This document shows positions 13,057 to 21,747 of a stretch of 64,000 nucleotides of DNA, piece after piece. The number at the start of each line of letters is the position of its first letter. Within the stretch, counting starts at the first letter, position 1. The position numbers and the translations under genes were made by a program. The notes under the pieces are model-generated. The model had not been told where the DNA came from. It did no database searches and saw only the letters and a program-made list of their open reading frames with translations. The DNA comes from Bacilli bacterium (GTDB lineage: Bacteria; Bacillota_I; Bacilli_A; RFN20; CAG-826). The DNA is taken from assembly GCA_024687185.1 (NCBI GenBank), contig JAILEX010000048.1, forward strand, positions 1,266-65,265, written 5' to 3'.

Positions 13057-13644
13057 TTACTCCTGCTCGCCATCCCCGTTGATATCGGAAACGAAATCGC
13101 GGATGAGGCGTTCGTTGTCCTCTTTGGAAACCTCGCGCTCAAGCACTTGGCTGGAGGCGGCGATTGCGACGTCGACGATGGATTCCTTGACTTCGGTTAG
13201 CGAAGCGGCCTTGGCCTCTTCGATTTCCCTATCGGCTTCCACCCTGCGTCTGCTCGCCTCTTCCTTGGCGTTAGAGACTATGGCGCTCGCCTCGAGGTTG
13301 GCTTGGGCCCTGGCATCCTCAACGATGCGGCTCGCCTCGGCCCTACCCTGCTCGACGATATCGTCTTTCCTCTCCATGGCTTCCCTAGCGATGCGACTAG
13401 ACTCCTCCGCGTCGTGGATTTGGCTTTCGACGTAGGCCTTCCTTGCGGCAAGGCGCTTTTTCACGGGCTTATAGGCCACGAAGAAAACGATCAAAATCAA
13501 AATCACGAACGCCGAGAGCTGAATCACGACGTCCCAGGGGTTCTCTGGGAAGATTTTGGATACGAGGTCCTCTTTGTCGATTGGTCCAGAATTCTCTTCC
13601 GAAGTGAATACCACCAGATTATTCAGTAATCCAAGTAGGTTCAT
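13057..13644 (-). CDS. atpF: Fo ATP synthase b subunit
   Basis: 195 aa. Single N-terminal TM helix followed by a long Ala/Glu/Arg-rich helix; operon position. Confidence 0.8.
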   Translation of the reverse strand: MNLLGLLNNLVVFTSEENSGPIDKEDLVSKIFPENPWDVVIQLSAFVILILIVFFVAYKPVKKRLAARKAYVESQIHDAEESSRIAREAMERKDDIVEQGRAEASRIVEDARAQANLEASAIVSNAKEEASRRRVEADREIEEAKAASLTEVKESIVDVAIAASSQVLEREVSKEDNERLIRDFVSDINGDGEQE

Positions 13645-13656
13645 TCCGTAAGTTCC

Positions 13657-13932
13657 TTATAGGACGAAGAGTATCAAAATCGCGATGACGAACGAATAGA
13701 TGGCGGTGGATTCGTCCAAGGCGACCGCCAAGATCATCGTGGAACGAAGGTCTTTGGCCATTTCGGGGTTGCGGACCATGCCGTCGATGCTGTGGCAGGC
13801 GATCAAACCTTCGCCGATGGCGGAGAAGCCACCCATGCACACGGCTAGTCCGGCGCCGATGGCCACTAGGCCGATTTCCTTGGTCTCAGTCGCGAAGATC
13901 ATGAGGTTTTGCAAGAAAGTTAGTAGTCCCAT
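13657..13932 (-). CDS. atpE: Fo ATP synthase c subunit (Na+-type two-carboxylate signature)
   Basis: 91 aa helical hairpin with loop RNPE. Helix 1 carries GEG (E41); helix 2 carries LDESTAIY (E74, S75, T76, Y79). Confidence 0.9.
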   Translation of the reverse strand: MGLLTFLQNLMIFATETKEIGLVAIGAGLAVCMGGFSAIGEGLIACHSIDGMVRNPEMAKDLRSTMILAVALDESTAIYSFVIAILILFVL

Positions 13933-13956
13933 AACGTTACCTCCTAATACTGGTAT

Positions 13957-14772
13957 TTATTGGGCTAGTGCCTTATTTTCGGGTTCTCTCAAAAGCTGGC
14001 TGCTTGTGCCCATCTCCTCGTCGCGGGGGATTTCCTGTCCGATCCATGCGGCGTTAAGGGAGCAGAAGACAAGGGTCTGCACAAAACCCGAGAATAAGCT
14101 GAAATAAAGGTTTAGTACCGCGATGGGTATGGGCGAGAGGAATATCCTGCCCCAATCCCCCATGGCGGAGAATATGGCCATGCTGACGCCCTGAAGCGCC
14201 CAGTCGACGATGGATATGATGATGCTTCCGGCGATGCAATTGCCGAACATACGCAAGGAAGTCGAGATGATCGGGCTCCACATCGTGATGGGGTTGATGG
14301 GAAGCCAGAAGACGAATGGCTCGATATAGCGATGGAAATAGCGTACCTTCTGATACCTTAGGGCGGTCGCTTGGATAAGGATGAACATCACTACCGCCAA
14401 AGATAGCGGGATAAGGAGCACGTCTATGACCGAATGCATGCCGGTGATGCCCCAGATGAAGGACATGAACAAATAGGTGAACAGGGCCATGAAATAGCCA
14501 CCCCAATTGCTATCGTGCTTTAGCCCCATGTTGTCTTTGACCCATTGCTCCAGCCATTCGACGAACATCTCGGCGGCCATTAGGGGTCCTTTGGCGGGCT
14601 TAAGCGGATCGCAAACCTTGGCTTGAATCCCGATGACAATGGCCAAAATGGCCACGATCGACATGATGATAAGGGAGCATAAGACCCCGCCGCTAAGGCT
14701 GAATTCGCTCCAGCCCGTGGTGAAGGTCTCGGCGAGCTTTTCCAAGGCGGAGGAAAACACAAGACTAGGCAT
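13957..14772 (-). CDS. atpB: Fo ATP synthase a subunit
   Basis: 271 aa, polytopic. Conserved LRMFGNCIAGS (essential Arg). Strong SD (AAGGGGAGGA) upstream of the ATG at 14772. Confidence 0.9.
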   Translation of the reverse strand: MPSLVFSSALEKLAETFTTGWSEFSLSGGVLCSLIIMSIVAILAIVIGIQAKVCDPLKPAKGPLMAAEMFVEWLEQWVKDNMGLKHDSNWGGYFMALFTYLFMSFIWGITGMHSVIDVLLIPLSLAVVMFILIQATALRYQKVRYFHRYIEPFVFWLPINPITMWSPIISTSLRMFGNCIAGSIIISIVDWALQGVSMAIFSAMGDWGRIFLSPIPIAVLNLYFSLFSGFVQTLVFCSLNAAWIGQEIPRDEEMGTSSQLLREPENKALAQ

Positions 14773-15247
14773 CCAGAGGTTCCTCCCCTTCTTCTAGTTC
14801 TTCTTTGATGACGGGCTTCTCGTCCTTCTTCCTCTTATGGAGGAGATTGAAGACGATGGCCACGATCATTAAGGGCAGATATCCGGCCGCGCAGGCGAAG
14901 AAATTTAGGTAGTTGCCTTCCATTTTGAAGGTGAAGACGGCGCTTAGCACAAGTCCCCCGACCATCAAGACGAAGCGGAGGAAGGCGAAGACCAAGGCCC
15001 AGGCCCTACCCCTGTTGCGCCCGTTTTTCTCATTCGCGATATCAAGGATGAAGCCGCTTCCCTTGATCATGGTCAGAAAGCAGACGATCTCGATGGCCGA
15101 GCCAAGCAGCCACCCTAGGGGCAAGCCGATAAAGGAAAGGAAGAAAAAGGGGACCATGCCCAAAAAGACGACTAGGTCGACTAGGATCAGCCAAAAGAGG
15201 GTTTTTCCCTCGTCGCTAAGGCCGATGTAACGCTTCTTAAGTCCCAT
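14765..15247 (-). CDS. Small 4-TM membrane protein at the head of the atp operon (AtpI/AtpZ-like)
   Basis: Position immediately upstream of and overlapping atpB. Hydrophobic with a C-terminal acidic tail. I prefer the ATG at 15247 (AGGA 5 nt upstream) over the TTG at 15274 used by the track. The assignment rests on position only. Confidence 0.4.
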   Translation of the reverse strand: MGLKKRYIGLSDEGKTLFWLILVDLVVFLGMVPFFFLSFIGLPLGWLLGSAIEIVCFLTMIKGSGFILDIANEKNGRNRGRAWALVFAFLRFVLMVGGLVLSAVFTFKMEGNYLNFFACAAGYLPLMIVAIVFNLLHKRKKDEKPVIKEELEEGEEPLDA

Positions 15248-15313
15248 TTTCCTGTCCAAGTACTTCTTTTTCAAAAAGCAGCCGAAACGACGTAATCGAC
15301 TACCATGGCAGGA

Positions 15314-15342
15314 ATTATAATTTCCTTTCGCCCCTTTTTAAA
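15314..15342 (-). promoter_or_regulatory. Candidate sigma-70-type promoter of the atp operon
   Basis: Minus strand: TTTAAA (15342-15337), 17-nt spacer, TATAAT (15319-14), about 67 nt upstream of the atpI-like ATG. Confidence 0.4.
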
Positions 15343-15570
15343 GGGGAGGGGGATTTTTGGGAAAAGGGAAAGGCCCAAAAAAAGATTTTCATTCCCCTTG
15401 GCCATTCGGGCCTTTAAAGCCGATATTTCGGTGCTTTTGGGCGGACCCCCTTCTCAAACGTGCGTTTTTTTGAAAAAATAATGCTTGCAATGTAAGCGGT
15501 TACAACGTATCGTTACCCGCTGGCTTGGAAATTGAAACCGCAAACCCGATAGAAAAGGAGTCTACCCATT

Positions 15571-17223
15571 ATGTCATACAAAGTTAACATCGCAGGACAG
15601 GGTACCATCGAACTCGACCACGAAGCCACCCTGTTAGAAATCATAGGCGACAGAAACCCCGATAGGTCGATCGTCGCCGCAAGCGTCAATAACCGCATCC
15701 GCGATTTGATCTACAAAGTGCGCGAGGACTGCGACGTCACCTTCCTCCGCATCGATAACATCGAGGCCATGAAGCTTTATGAGGCTTCCCTCCGCTACGT
15801 CGTCGCCATGGCCTTTGCCAGGGCCTATCCGGACCTAAAGATCCGCTTTGCCTATAACGTCTCTCGCTGCGTCTCGATCCATATCCTCTCCCATAACGTG
15901 AGCGCCAACACCAACATGCTCATCCGCATCAACCACGAGATCGAGGATATCATTAACGCCGATTATCCCCTCCACCGCTTCGTCGTGCCTAACGAAGAAG
16001 CCAAGAAGCTATTTGAGGAAAAGGGATTCGAGGATAAGGTCGATTTGCTTGAATACCGCCCCGAAAAGACGGTCCACCTCTATGAATGCCAGGGCTATTA
16101 CAACTATATGTACCACCATATGGTGCCCTCTACCGGCTATATCACCAAATTCAAATTGCGCCTATATGCGCCAGGCCTCTTGCTCCAATATCCCCGCGCG
16201 GAACTTGGCGGGGTGGTCCCGGAATTCAAAGACGCACCCACCTTTAACCGCTCTTTAAAGGAAAGCCATGACTGGGCTAAGATCGTCGGAAGCGACCAGG
16301 TCGCCAAAATCAATAAGACGATTGAGGAAAAAGGCGAGATCGAATTCATTAACCTCTGCGAAGCCCGCCATAACAGGATGCTATGCGAACTCGGCCAACT
16401 CATCGAAGACGATATCGACGACATCTCCCTCATCTGCATCGCCGGTCCTTCGTCCAGTGGCAAAACCACCTTCGCAAACCGCCTCCGCATCGAACTTCTC
16501 TCCCGTGGCATCCGCCCGATCCGCATCTCGCTAGATGACTACTACTTGCCTAAACACATGTATCCGCTTGGACCAGATGGCAAGCCCGACTATGAATCTA
16601 TCGATGCCTTAGACATCGAGCAATTCAACCGCAACATGGTCGATTTGATCAATGGCGAGGAAGTCGAACTTCCCAGATATGACTTCCAGCAGGGCAAACA
16701 GTTCCCTGGCAGGACCGTCAAACTCGGCAAGAACGAGCCGATCATCGTCGAAGGCATCCATGCCCTCAACGAGAGGATGACCAGCGATATCCCCAAGAAC
16801 AAGAAATTCCGCATCTTCATCTCCCCGCAGGCCCAGATCAACCTCGATGACCATAACCCCCTATCCCTCACCGACTTACGCCTAATAAGGCGCATCGTCC
16901 GCGACTACCAATTCCGCGGTTCCTCCGCCGAGGAGACCCTAGGCATGTGGCCTAGCGTCAGGGCGGGCGAGTTCAAGTGGATCTATGACCACCAGGAAGG
17001 AAGCGACTACGTCTTCAATTCGCTCCTCTCCTACGAACTCCCGGTCATGAAGAAATACGCGATGCCCTTGCTGAATAAAATCGATAAGGAATCGCCTTTC
17101 TTCCCCGCGGCCGCAAGGCTAATGGCGATGTTAAAGTACTTCATCTCCATGGACGATAAATGGGTACCGAGCAATTCGCTTATGAGAGAGTTTATCGGTG
17201 GAAGCTGCTACGCCGATGTATAA
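15571..17223 (+). CDS. TGS-domain / uridine-kinase-family (PRK/udk-like) fusion protein
   Basis: 550 aa. N-terminal TGS-like beta-grasp (VNIAGQGTIELDHEATLLEI), then P-loop IAGPSSSGKTTFANRL and uridine-kinase-like IVEGIHALN. Confidence 0.75.
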   Translation: MSYKVNIAGQGTIELDHEATLLEIIGDRNPDRSIVAASVNNRIRDLIYKVREDCDVTFLRIDNIEAMKLYEASLRYVVAMAFARAYPDLKIRFAYNVSRCVSIHILSHNVSANTNMLIRINHEIEDIINADYPLHRFVVPNEEAKKLFEEKGFEDKVDLLEYRPEKTVHLYECQGYYNYMYHHMVPSTGYITKFKLRLYAPGLLLQYPRAELGGVVPEFKDAPTFNRSLKESHDWAKIVGSDQVAKINKTIEEKGEIEFINLCEARHNRMLCELGQLIEDDIDDISLICIAGPSSSGKTTFANRLRIELLSRGIRPIRISLDDYYLPKHMYPLGPDGKPDYESIDALDIEQFNRNMVDLINGEEVELPRYDFQQGKQFPGRTVKLGKNEPIIVEGIHALNERMTSDIPKNKKFRIFISPQAQINLDDHNPLSLTDLRLIRRIVRDYQFRGSSAEETLGMWPSVRAGEFKWIYDHQEGSDYVFNSLLSYELPVMKKYAMPLLNKIDKESPFFPAAARLMAMLKYFISMDDKWVPSNSLMREFIGGSCYADV

Positions 17224-17253
17224 AGGGTAGCCAGCCTCCATTTCAAAGAAAAA

Positions 17254-17288
17254 GACCCCATCCAACTGTCGGATGGGGTCGATTTTTT
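17254..17288. terminator. Bidirectional intrinsic terminator between convergent genes
   Basis: Perfect 10-bp stem GACCCCATCC / GGATGGGGTC with a 7-nt loop, an A-run upstream and GATTTTTT downstream. Confidence 0.8.
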
Positions 17289-17331
17289 CCAATAACCGAT
17301 GTATGTCTGCCCTTATTTTGTTTTTGCAATG

Positions 17332-18492
17332 CTATTCTGCCTTCTTTTTCTTGCCTAAGGCCGCGAAGCGTTTGCGCTCGATTTCGTAACAGGTTTGGAG
17401 GTCGCCTAGATATAGGGTCCTCATCCTGATGTAGCGTTGCCTTTCCTCCTCGGAGACCGTGGACATATATAGGGTCGTGAAGATCTTCTCAAGGCGGAAG
17501 AAGGATTCGAATAGGCTAAGCAGGGTAAGGGAGAAGAAATAGTTCTTCCGCGAATAGATAAGTAGAGGCGAGCTATGGGCGACTTCGCTAGACATCTCAT
17601 ACACCTTGCTATAGGCGCTAAGCCCGGCGACGCGCTGGACGCCATCGCGGAAATTGAGTTTGACCTCAGGGATCTGATCGACGTTAGGGACGGCAAGGAG
17701 CCAGCCATATTCGATATAGCGCTTCATATCCTTGCTCTTTAGTCCCGCCGCGCGCATGTTCTCCTTGATCTCGACGAAGGTCTCGTCGATCTCTTCCTTG
17801 CTGGGCAAGCCACCGCGGAAGGCGGCCCCATATTTCATGTGGCGGAGATAGCTTTCGATGACGGGTTGGCCGTATTTGACGATGATGGAGAGGATACATT
17901 CGTTCTCGTGCAGGGTCCTCCAGGTGGAGAAGGCCTCGGTCTCATACCCTCCTTCAAGAAGAGAGGAGACGCATTTGGCGATCTGGAAGCCCTTGTTCAT
18001 GATGTCGACGATCAAGGTATTGGTCGGCTCATTCCTCTTATATCTGGACAACATGCCCAAAATGAAGTTCAGGTAGAGGTCAAGCGTGGACATGGTCGGC
18101 GAGAACCTAGAGGTAAGCGAACCCATCTGATAGGCGAGCCTTTCGTTGGTGTAGAACTTATCAAGACTCACAGAGGCGAGGTAATTCTGATAGCCATCCC
18201 TTTCCAAGAAGGCGCCGTCTTTGGCGATGTCTGGATGGGTGGCTAGATAAAAGGAATGCTGATTGACTAGGTACAAGGCGAGCTCAAAGGGGTTGATGGC
18301 CATCCTGGCGATGGTCGGGTTTTCCTGCTGGATCCCCTTTATGCCCTCGGCGATCATGCAGAAGGTCTCGAAAAGGAAATCGTAATTGAGCCCCTGGGGG
18401 ACTTTGATGGAGTAAAGCATCGCCCCGAACTGGTCGCGCGAAATGGAAAAAGGACGCGCGCTATTGATGTCGATTTCCTCTTCTTCGGGCAT
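17332..18492 (-). CDS. Hypothetical protein, last gene of the SWIM-SNF2-addBA operon (possibly DUF5677/AbiV-like helical protein)
   Basis: Long clean ORF. The ATG at 18492 is preceded by GAAGGAG and lies 21 nt after the addA stop. No motif is recognised with certainty; the segment AFSTWRTLHENECILSIIV resembles DUF5677-type helices (from memory, unverified). Confidence 0.6.
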   Translation of the reverse strand: MPEEEEIDINSARPFSISRDQFGAMLYSIKVPQGLNYDFLFETFCMIAEGIKGIQQENPTIARMAINPFELALYLVNQHSFYLATHPDIAKDGAFLERDGYQNYLASVSLDKFYTNERLAYQMGSLTSRFSPTMSTLDLYLNFILGMLSRYKRNEPTNTLIVDIMNKGFQIAKCVSSLLEGGYETEAFSTWRTLHENECILSIIVKYGQPVIESYLRHMKYGAAFRGGLPSKEEIDETFVEIKENMRAAGLKSKDMKRYIEYGWLLAVPNVDQIPEVKLNFRDGVQRVAGLSAYSKVYEMSSEVAHSSPLLIYSRKNYFFSLTLLSLFESFFRLEKIFTTLYMSTVSEEERQRYIRMRTLYLGDLQTCYEIERKRFAALGKKKKAE

Positions 18493-18513
18493 GGTCAAAC
18501 TCCTTCTTCGCCC

Positions 18514-21500
18514 TTAGTCTACTCTATTAACGGCCCCTAGGGTAATGGATAAAAGGTATTTGTCGATCCTTTTGCCCTTAAATACCTTGCTTAGGTATCG
18601 TTCATAGGCCTTAAGTTGGCCTGCGTATAGGCTAGGGTCGATGGTCTTGGTCTTGAAGTCGATTAGGTCGATGTGGTCATCGTAAAGGAGGAACATATCG
18701 ATGATGCCATGTAGGTTTTCCTCCTCGTCGACGAATTCATATTCGTGATATTCCTTTGCCCTAGAAGCATCCTTAAATAAAGGCAAGGAAAGAAGGGACT
18801 CGAACATCCTCTTCTCCTTCTTGTCCTCAATCGGCGGCAAAACCTTCTTGGAGAAGGAAGTGTATTCCATGATCTTATGGAGGCGGTTGCCCCTAACCAA
18901 AATCGCGGGGTCAAGGGGTTCGCTTAGTTCGTGGCTTGCCCTAATAGTGGCTATGGCCTTGCCCTTTTTGCCAACGTTTTCCCTCAATTCCACATAGCCC
19001 TTTCCCTTATGGACGATCTTCGCCGAGGCGTTATCGACCTTCTCCTGGGGAAGGGAGGAGGTATCGAAGCTGGAATCCAAGAACAATCCGCTGCTTAGGA
19101 AGAAGCCCTGGAAGGAATTCGCGTTCTCCACCGAGTATGGGGTGATGTCCTCAAACGTCATCCCCTCCTTTGGCTTACGGTTAAGCAAGACGACCATCTC
19201 CTCGGCGCGGGTGAGGGCGACATAGAATAGCCTCATCCTCTCCGAGACCGATTCGCTGGTCTCATTCGCATAGGAAAGAAGGGAGAGCATACCATCTTCT
19301 TTCGCATTTAGGTCGAGGAAGGCGTTGCCCACTAACCCTAGTTCGCTAGAATAGCAGACGCTTTTGCTTTCCTTGTTGAATTGCCTATATAGCTCAGGGT
19401 AATAGCAAATCGGGAACTGCAAACCCTTCGAGGCATGGTCGCTCATCAAGACGACAGCATCCTTTTCCCTGGCCCCGCCTTCGATCTCTAATTCGATATC
19501 GTTATCCCTAAGCTTATCGAGGTATTCGACGAATTCCCTTAACCCAAAGCCATTGTCCTCTAGGGAAGAGGCGAGATTGGAAAGCTTTTCTATCTTCTGG
19601 AAATTAAGCTCGACGTCCTTTAGTTCCACTAGCCTTTCCATGACTTTGAATTCCTCTATCAAAAGAAGGAAAAGCTCCTCTAGGGTCAAGGAATCTAGCC
19701 TAGAGGCAATATGGGAAAGGGTCTTATGGAAGGGGAAGAAGGAATAGTCGTCATCTTCCTTGACGTGCCCATAGATGTCATAGACCCTATCGTCATCGAT
19801 GGCGAAAAGGAAGCTTCTTGCGATGCCAATATAGGCGCTATCTAGGCTTGCCTTATCCATTTCCCCATACCGCATCCACACCAAAATCCTAAGAAGCGAC
19901 TTAAACACGAGCACCACGTCGTCGTTATCGACCTTATAGCTATCGATGACAGACAAAGGCACCCCTTCTTCCCTAAAGGCGCGGATATATTGGCCAAAGT
20001 CGACTTTTCTCGAAGTCAAAATCGCGAAATCGCCATAGCCGCATTCGTATTTGGTTTCCTTCTTGCCGTCTTTGCTTATCTTCTTCCCTTTTAGCGTAAA
20101 GCCTTCCTTTACCTTCTTCGCGATGTCCCTGGCAATCCATTTGGCCTCGCTAAAGCAGGTCTTTTCGTAGATCACTTCCTCAAAGTTAAGGACGTGGATC
20201 CCGAATTTTTCCCTATTGGAAGTCGCGTCGAAGCCATGGTTGCCAAACCTTAACGCGTGGCCTAGCCGATAATCGACGCCGCCGACATCGCTAGACATTA
20301 TCTTCCCGAAAAGGCGGTTGATATCAGAAAGCACCTCTTCCCTGGAACGGAAATTGTCCGGCAAGGTGATAAGGGTGCCTCCCTTTCCCTTTCCATAATC
20401 CTCCATCTTCTTGGCGAAGACCTTGGGATTGGCCTTACGGAAACGGTAAATCGATTGCTTGATGTCGCCGACCGCGAATACGTTATCGCTACTGACCGCC
20501 TTCAAAAACTCCTCTTGGGCGTTGGAGGTATCCTGGTATTCGTCGACCATGATGTAGCGGTACTTCTTCCTAAACCTTTCCCTGAAGTCAGTGTGGGAAA
20601 GAAGCTCCCTCATTAGCCTTGCCACTCCTTCGAAGTCATAGGAGGAATGCTCCTTCATATAGGCTTCCCTACGCGTATAGACCTCTTTGGCAATCTCCAA
20701 AAAGAAATGCACGTATGGCTTAATTTGGCTTAATTCCGCCTCAATCCCCTCTTTTCCCCTGACCAAAACGGAGAGATAGGGTTTGGCGTCCGCCTTGACT
20801 TTGTTGCGGAGTTTCTTCTCCATCTCGTCTAATCCCTTCGCGGTGATGAACTTCCCTTCGCTTGCGGCTAGTTGCATCGCTTCAAACGTCGGGGCGGAGA
20901 TGATGGAGGAAAGGTAATTCCTGTCGCTACTTTCGGCCTCTGGGTTATTGGGGTATTTGATTAGGGGAAGGAGGCAATTTAGCTTCCTTCTAATCAAAGG
21001 CACATAGGAATTTAGCGCCCTATCGATATAGGCGTCGGAGAAATAGGTTTCCTCATAATTAGAAAAGAAACTATCCTCATCTCCGGATAAAGAGGCGAGG
21101 TTAAGCACGCCTTTGACGATACTGACCAAGGATTCATCGTCTTTGCCGGTGAACCTACGGTAGATATCTAAAAGGAAGGGGTCATGGGTCTTGTTGAATT
21201 CGCTATATCTATAGGCGAGGGACTCGTCGATTAGTTCCCTTGTCTTCACCTCCACAAAGGCGGTATCGAGGATTTTGACTTTGTTTGGAAGGCCTAGTTC
21301 AAAGTGGTTTTCGTTAACCGTCTTCAGGTAGAAGCTATCGAAATTGGTGATGTCGCTTTGCTCGATCTTCTCTAGGTATCCGCTAGTGCAGCTATAGGCG
21401 GCGAGCTTCTCCCTGACCCTGGTCTTCATCTCATAGGCCGCGGCCTTGGTGAAGGTCAGGACAAGGAGTTCGTCAGGGGAACATAGCGGGGAGGCCCCTT

Positions 21501-21747
21501 CTAGGAAGATGGGCTCCCTTAGGGGCTGTCCCTTATCGTCTTTATGGTCGGGGGACCATTCGACGCCATATTCCTTTTTGTAGCTTTCTGCAAAGCCTGG
21601 GTCAAGAGGAGGGACGATCAGCCAATAGACGCGCTCAGTCAAAACCGCGGTCTTGCCACTTCCCGCACCCGCGGAAACCAAACAATTGCCGTCTTTAAAA
21701 TCGATGGCGAGTTGCTGGTTGGGGGTGAATCCGATCGGTTTAGCCAT
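18514..21747 (-). CDS. addA: ATP-dependent helicase/nuclease subunit A (AddA/RexA, UvrD-like plus RecB nuclease)
   Basis: Walker A AGAGSGKTAVL, MVDEYQDTS, and a C-terminal nuclease motif (GIIDMFLLYDDHIDLIDFKT ... QLKAYERYL). The preferred ATG at 21747 (MAKPIGFTPNQQLAIDF) overlaps the addB end by 8 nt. Confidence 0.9.
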   Translation of the reverse strand: MAKPIGFTPNQQLAIDFKDGNCLVSAGAGSGKTAVLTERVYWLIVPPLDPGFAESYKKEYGVEWSPDHKDDKGQPLREPIFLEGASPLCSPDELLVLTFTKAAAYEMKTRVREKLAAYSCTSGYLEKIEQSDITNFDSFYLKTVNENHFELGLPNKVKILDTAFVEVKTRELIDESLAYRYSEFNKTHDPFLLDIYRRFTGKDDESLVSIVKGVLNLASLSGDEDSFFSNYEETYFSDAYIDRALNSYVPLIRRKLNCLLPLIKYPNNPEAESSDRNYLSSIISAPTFEAMQLAASEGKFITAKGLDEMEKKLRNKVKADAKPYLSVLVRGKEGIEAELSQIKPYVHFFLEIAKEVYTRREAYMKEHSSYDFEGVARLMRELLSHTDFRERFRKKYRYIMVDEYQDTSNAQEEFLKAVSSDNVFAVGDIKQSIYRFRKANPKVFAKKMEDYGKGKGGTLITLPDNFRSREEVLSDINRLFGKIMSSDVGGVDYRLGHALRFGNHGFDATSNREKFGIHVLNFEEVIYEKTCFSEAKWIARDIAKKVKEGFTLKGKKISKDGKKETKYECGYGDFAILTSRKVDFGQYIRAFREEGVPLSVIDSYKVDNDDVVLVFKSLLRILVWMRYGEMDKASLDSAYIGIARSFLFAIDDDRVYDIYGHVKEDDDYSFFPFHKTLSHIASRLDSLTLEELFLLLIEEFKVMERLVELKDVELNFQKIEKLSNLASSLEDNGFGLREFVEYLDKLRDNDIELEIEGGAREKDAVVLMSDHASKGLQFPICYYPELYRQFNKESKSVCYSSELGLVGNAFLDLNAKEDGMLSLLSYANETSESVSERMRLFYVALTRAEEMVVLLNRKPKEGMTFEDITPYSVENANSFQGFFLSSGLFLDSSFDTSSLPQEKVDNASAKIVHKGKGYVELRENVGKKGKAIATIRASHELSEPLDPAILVRGNRLHKIMEYTSFSKKVLPPIEDKKEKRMFESLLSLPLFKDASRAKEYHEYEFVDEEENLHGIIDMFLLYDDHIDLIDFKTKTIDPSLYAGQLKAYERYLSKVFKGKRIDKYLLSITLGAVNRVD

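Noticed and set aside
15275-15570. Possible riboswitch or leader in the 296-bp divergent region upstream of the TGS-uridine-kinase gene
   Set aside because: I found only small local hairpins (CCCCTTTTTAAAGGGG and AACG-TAT-CGTT). I could not recognise any known riboswitch core or a terminator/antiterminator pair, so there is not enough to support a call.
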